Of a stretch of DNA of 64,000 bases, positions 61,937-64,000 are shown piece by piece. The notes under the pieces were generated by a model. That model was given only the letters and a program-made list of their open reading frames with translations, was not told the origin of the DNA and made no database searches. Positions within the stretch are counted from its first letter, which is position 1; each line of letters starts with the position of its first letter. The DNA comes from Candidatus Cloacimonadales bacterium (GTDB taxonomy: Bacteria > Cloacimonadota > Cloacimonadia > Cloacimonadales > JAIOQZ01): positions 1,312,001 through 1,376,000 of the forward strand of contig OY762463.1 in NCBI GenBank assembly GCA_963665815.1. Reading direction: 5' to 3'. Both the position numbers and the translations under genes were made by a program.

Positions 61937-64000
61937 TTATTTGTTTTCAGTATCCATGCTTTCCAGAGTAAGGTAGAATGTTGAACCTTTCTCAGGAATG
62001 CTTTCATAATCAATATAACCATTATTCATCTCAGCGAACTTCTTGGCAATAATCAAACCTAATCCAACTCCGGGAGATAAATGTCCTTTTGCCCCTTTTT
62101 TCAGACTGCCAATATCTTCAGCAATTTCTTCAGTAATTCCAAGTCCGCTATCGCTTACGGAAATAATGTTTTTGTTCCCTTTAATTTCATGATTAACTGT
62201 AACTGTACCACCTTCAAAAGAATATTTAATAGCATTAGAAATGAAGTTCCTTACAATTGTAGAAATCATTTTATTATCTGCAAAAAGCGTAACATTCTCA
62301 TTAATATCATTTACTATCTTAATGTTCTTAGATTCCGCATTCCAGGAATATATCTGAATCGCATCTGAGACTTTTTTGTGGAGATTTATCATTGTCGGCT
62401 TAATGTGGATACCTTTGCTCTCAGTTTTCGTCCACTGGAGCAGATTATCAAGCAATTCTTTAATCCTGTTTGCTGAAATATGAACTTTCTTAGCATATTT
62501 CAAAATTTTCTGATCACTTATTGAGCTTATAGAGTTACAGAGAAGCTCAGAGCCAAGCGACAGTACATTCATCGGTTCCTTGAGATCGTGTCCAATAACG
62601 GTAAGAAGTATATCTTTAGCATCATTTGATGATTTCAGTTCAATCTGTGAATCTCTGAGTTCTTTTTCAATATTCTTCAGTGTTGTTATATCAATCATCA
62701 CACTGAGAACACCGATAACATTGTTATCCGCATCGAAAAATGGAGCTTTGTTTATTATGTATACTCTTGAGCTGCCTGCAGGATTTGTTATTGTCCGTTC
62801 GTACTGAATTGATTCCTTATTGGCAATAACATGCTCGTCCTCTTTATGAAGTCTTTCTGCTTCCTTTTCATCCATCAGATCAAACACATTCTTATTAATC
62901 AATTCATCAGGTGTTTTCTCCTGATACTTAGAAAAAGCTTTATTGCATCCCATATAAAAGCCTTTAAGATCTTTGTAGGATATGGGAAAAGGAATATTAT
63001 CAAGAATTGACTGAGTCAGATGATGCTGATTTTCCAATTCTGTTTTTTGGCTCATTATCATCAGATTTTTATCTTTCAGCTCGTTATTAAGATCTACAAG
63101 CTCAACATTTTTTAATCGGTATATTTCAGCTTCTTGTCTCTTGATAGCAGTTTCATGCCTGTTCTGTATCTGCACAAGTTTACTTTTCAGCTCAGAACTG
63201 AACGTCTTATTTGTTTCTACTGACAGCTGTTTCTGGTACTTCAAGGCAGCCTGCATATATTCTACAGCTTTTCCCGGTTCATTGTTATCCAGACTTTGCT
63301 TTGCAAGGCTCTCATTAATGTATGTAAACAACTCAAACAGGTGCTTTTTCACGAGACCGAAATTGGACTTCTCAGAAATTTCCAGACTTTTCTTCAGGAG
63401 ATCAACTGATTTATCGAAATTACCTTTTCGAATTTCAATTTCACCAAGATTTGCATACGAATTAGCTAATCCAAACTGAGAATTTATGTGTTGTCTTATT
63501 TCCAGAGCATTGTTGTGGTATTTTTCTGCAAGCTCAAAGTCACCCTGTTCAAGATAAAGATTACCAATATTATTATATGAATTAGCTCGTTTTTCAAAGT
63601 TTGCATCATTATTTCTAATATTCAGTGACTTAAAATAGTATTCTGCCGCTTTATCAAATTCCTGTCGTTCCTTGTAAACAAGCCCAATGTTGTTATACGT
63701 ATCTCCAAGTGCACTTGAAGCATCGTTCTTCTCTTCTATTTCAACAGCAATCCTGAAATGATGCAAAGCCTTATCATGCTGCTCCAACCTTAAATACACT
63801 GTTCCAATAGAGTTGTTAGTAATTGCAATCCCTGCTTCGTTCCCAACCCGAGTATATATATTCAAAGCAAGAAACTCATATTCCAGTGCATTATGGTAAT
63901 CCTCAATTTTCTTATAAACTATTCCAATCCAGTAAAGCACTCTGGCAGATAAAGTTTCATCTTCTTTTTCATCTTTAACAACATTATATGCCAGTTTAAA
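61937..64000 (-). CDS. TPR - PAS - histidine kinase, runs off the right edge
   Basis: YNNIG TPR repeats, PAS/PAC, HDLKEP, NFISNAIKY, DSGLG, GVGLGL; frame stays open to 64000. Confidence 0.9.
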   Translation of the reverse strand, partial: FKLAYNVVKDEKEDETLSARVLYWIGIVYKKIEDYHNALEYEFLALNIYTRVGNEAGIAITNNSIGTVYLRLEQHDKALHHFRIAVEIEEKNDASSALGDTYNNIGLVYKERQEFDKAAEYYFKSLNIRNNDANFEKRANSYNNIGNLYLEQGDFELAEKYHNNALEIRQHINSQFGLANSYANLGEIEIRKGNFDKSVDLLKKSLEISEKSNFGLVKKHLFELFTYINESLAKQSLDNNEPGKAVEYMQAALKYQKQLSVETNKTFSSELKSKLVQIQNRHETAIKRQEAEIYRLKNVELVDLNNELKDKNLMIMSQKTELENQHHLTQSILDNIPFPISYKDLKGFYMGCNKAFSKYQEKTPDELINKNVFDLMDEKEAERLHKEDEHVIANKESIQYERTITNPAGSSRVYIINKAPFFDADNNVIGVLSVMIDITTLKNIEKELRDSQIELKSSNDAKDILLTVIGHDLKEPMNVLSLGSELLCNSISSISDQKILKYAKKVHISANRIKELLDNLLQWTKTESKGIHIKPTMINLHKKVSDAIQIYSWNAESKNIKIVNDINENVTLFADNKMISTIVRNFISNAIKYSFEGGTVTVNHEIKGNKNIISVSDSGLGITEEIAEDIGSLKKGAKGHLSPGVGLGLIIAKKFAEMNNGYIDYESIPEKGSTFYLTLESMDTENK

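Overview
64 kb of AT-rich bacterial chromosome. Four secreted proteins carry a C-terminal [N/I]YPNPFNP...K[M/A]x[L/M]LK sorting/FlgD-Ig domain, and there is a gingipain-like protein. This points to an FCB-superphylum anaerobe, probably Cloacimonadota (inference). Housekeeping genes: start of the dcw cluster (mraZ-rsmH-ftsL-ftsI), gcvH-gmk-rpoZ-udg, ttcA, dnaX, udk and tex. Signalling genes are dense: REC-PAS-HisKA, REC-HD-GYP, a ~1830 aa Ser/Thr kinase-AAA-TPR-GAF-His kinase hybrid, a CHASE2 adenylate cyclase, a degenerate GAF-GGDEF and a TPR-PAS kinase. There is also a cluster of three large secreted proteins, a tandem DUF4139 duplication and two decayed genes. I found no rRNA, tRNA, CRISPR array or intact transposase. 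Best non-obvious signals: (1) a dispersed MITE-like family with GAGA[C/G]CTTTGCATAA-type ends in three intergenic regions; (2) an M14-SuhB-CHASE2 cyclase-SH3/M48 operon; (3) gmk with no canonical start codon upstream of its P-loop; (4) several enzymes with substituted catalytic residues; (5) DUF4139 paralogues that differ mainly in one swapped loop; (6) candidate operators for MraZ, a FadR-like TetR and a LexA/CI-like repressor. All calls were made by eye from motifs; no database searches were run.
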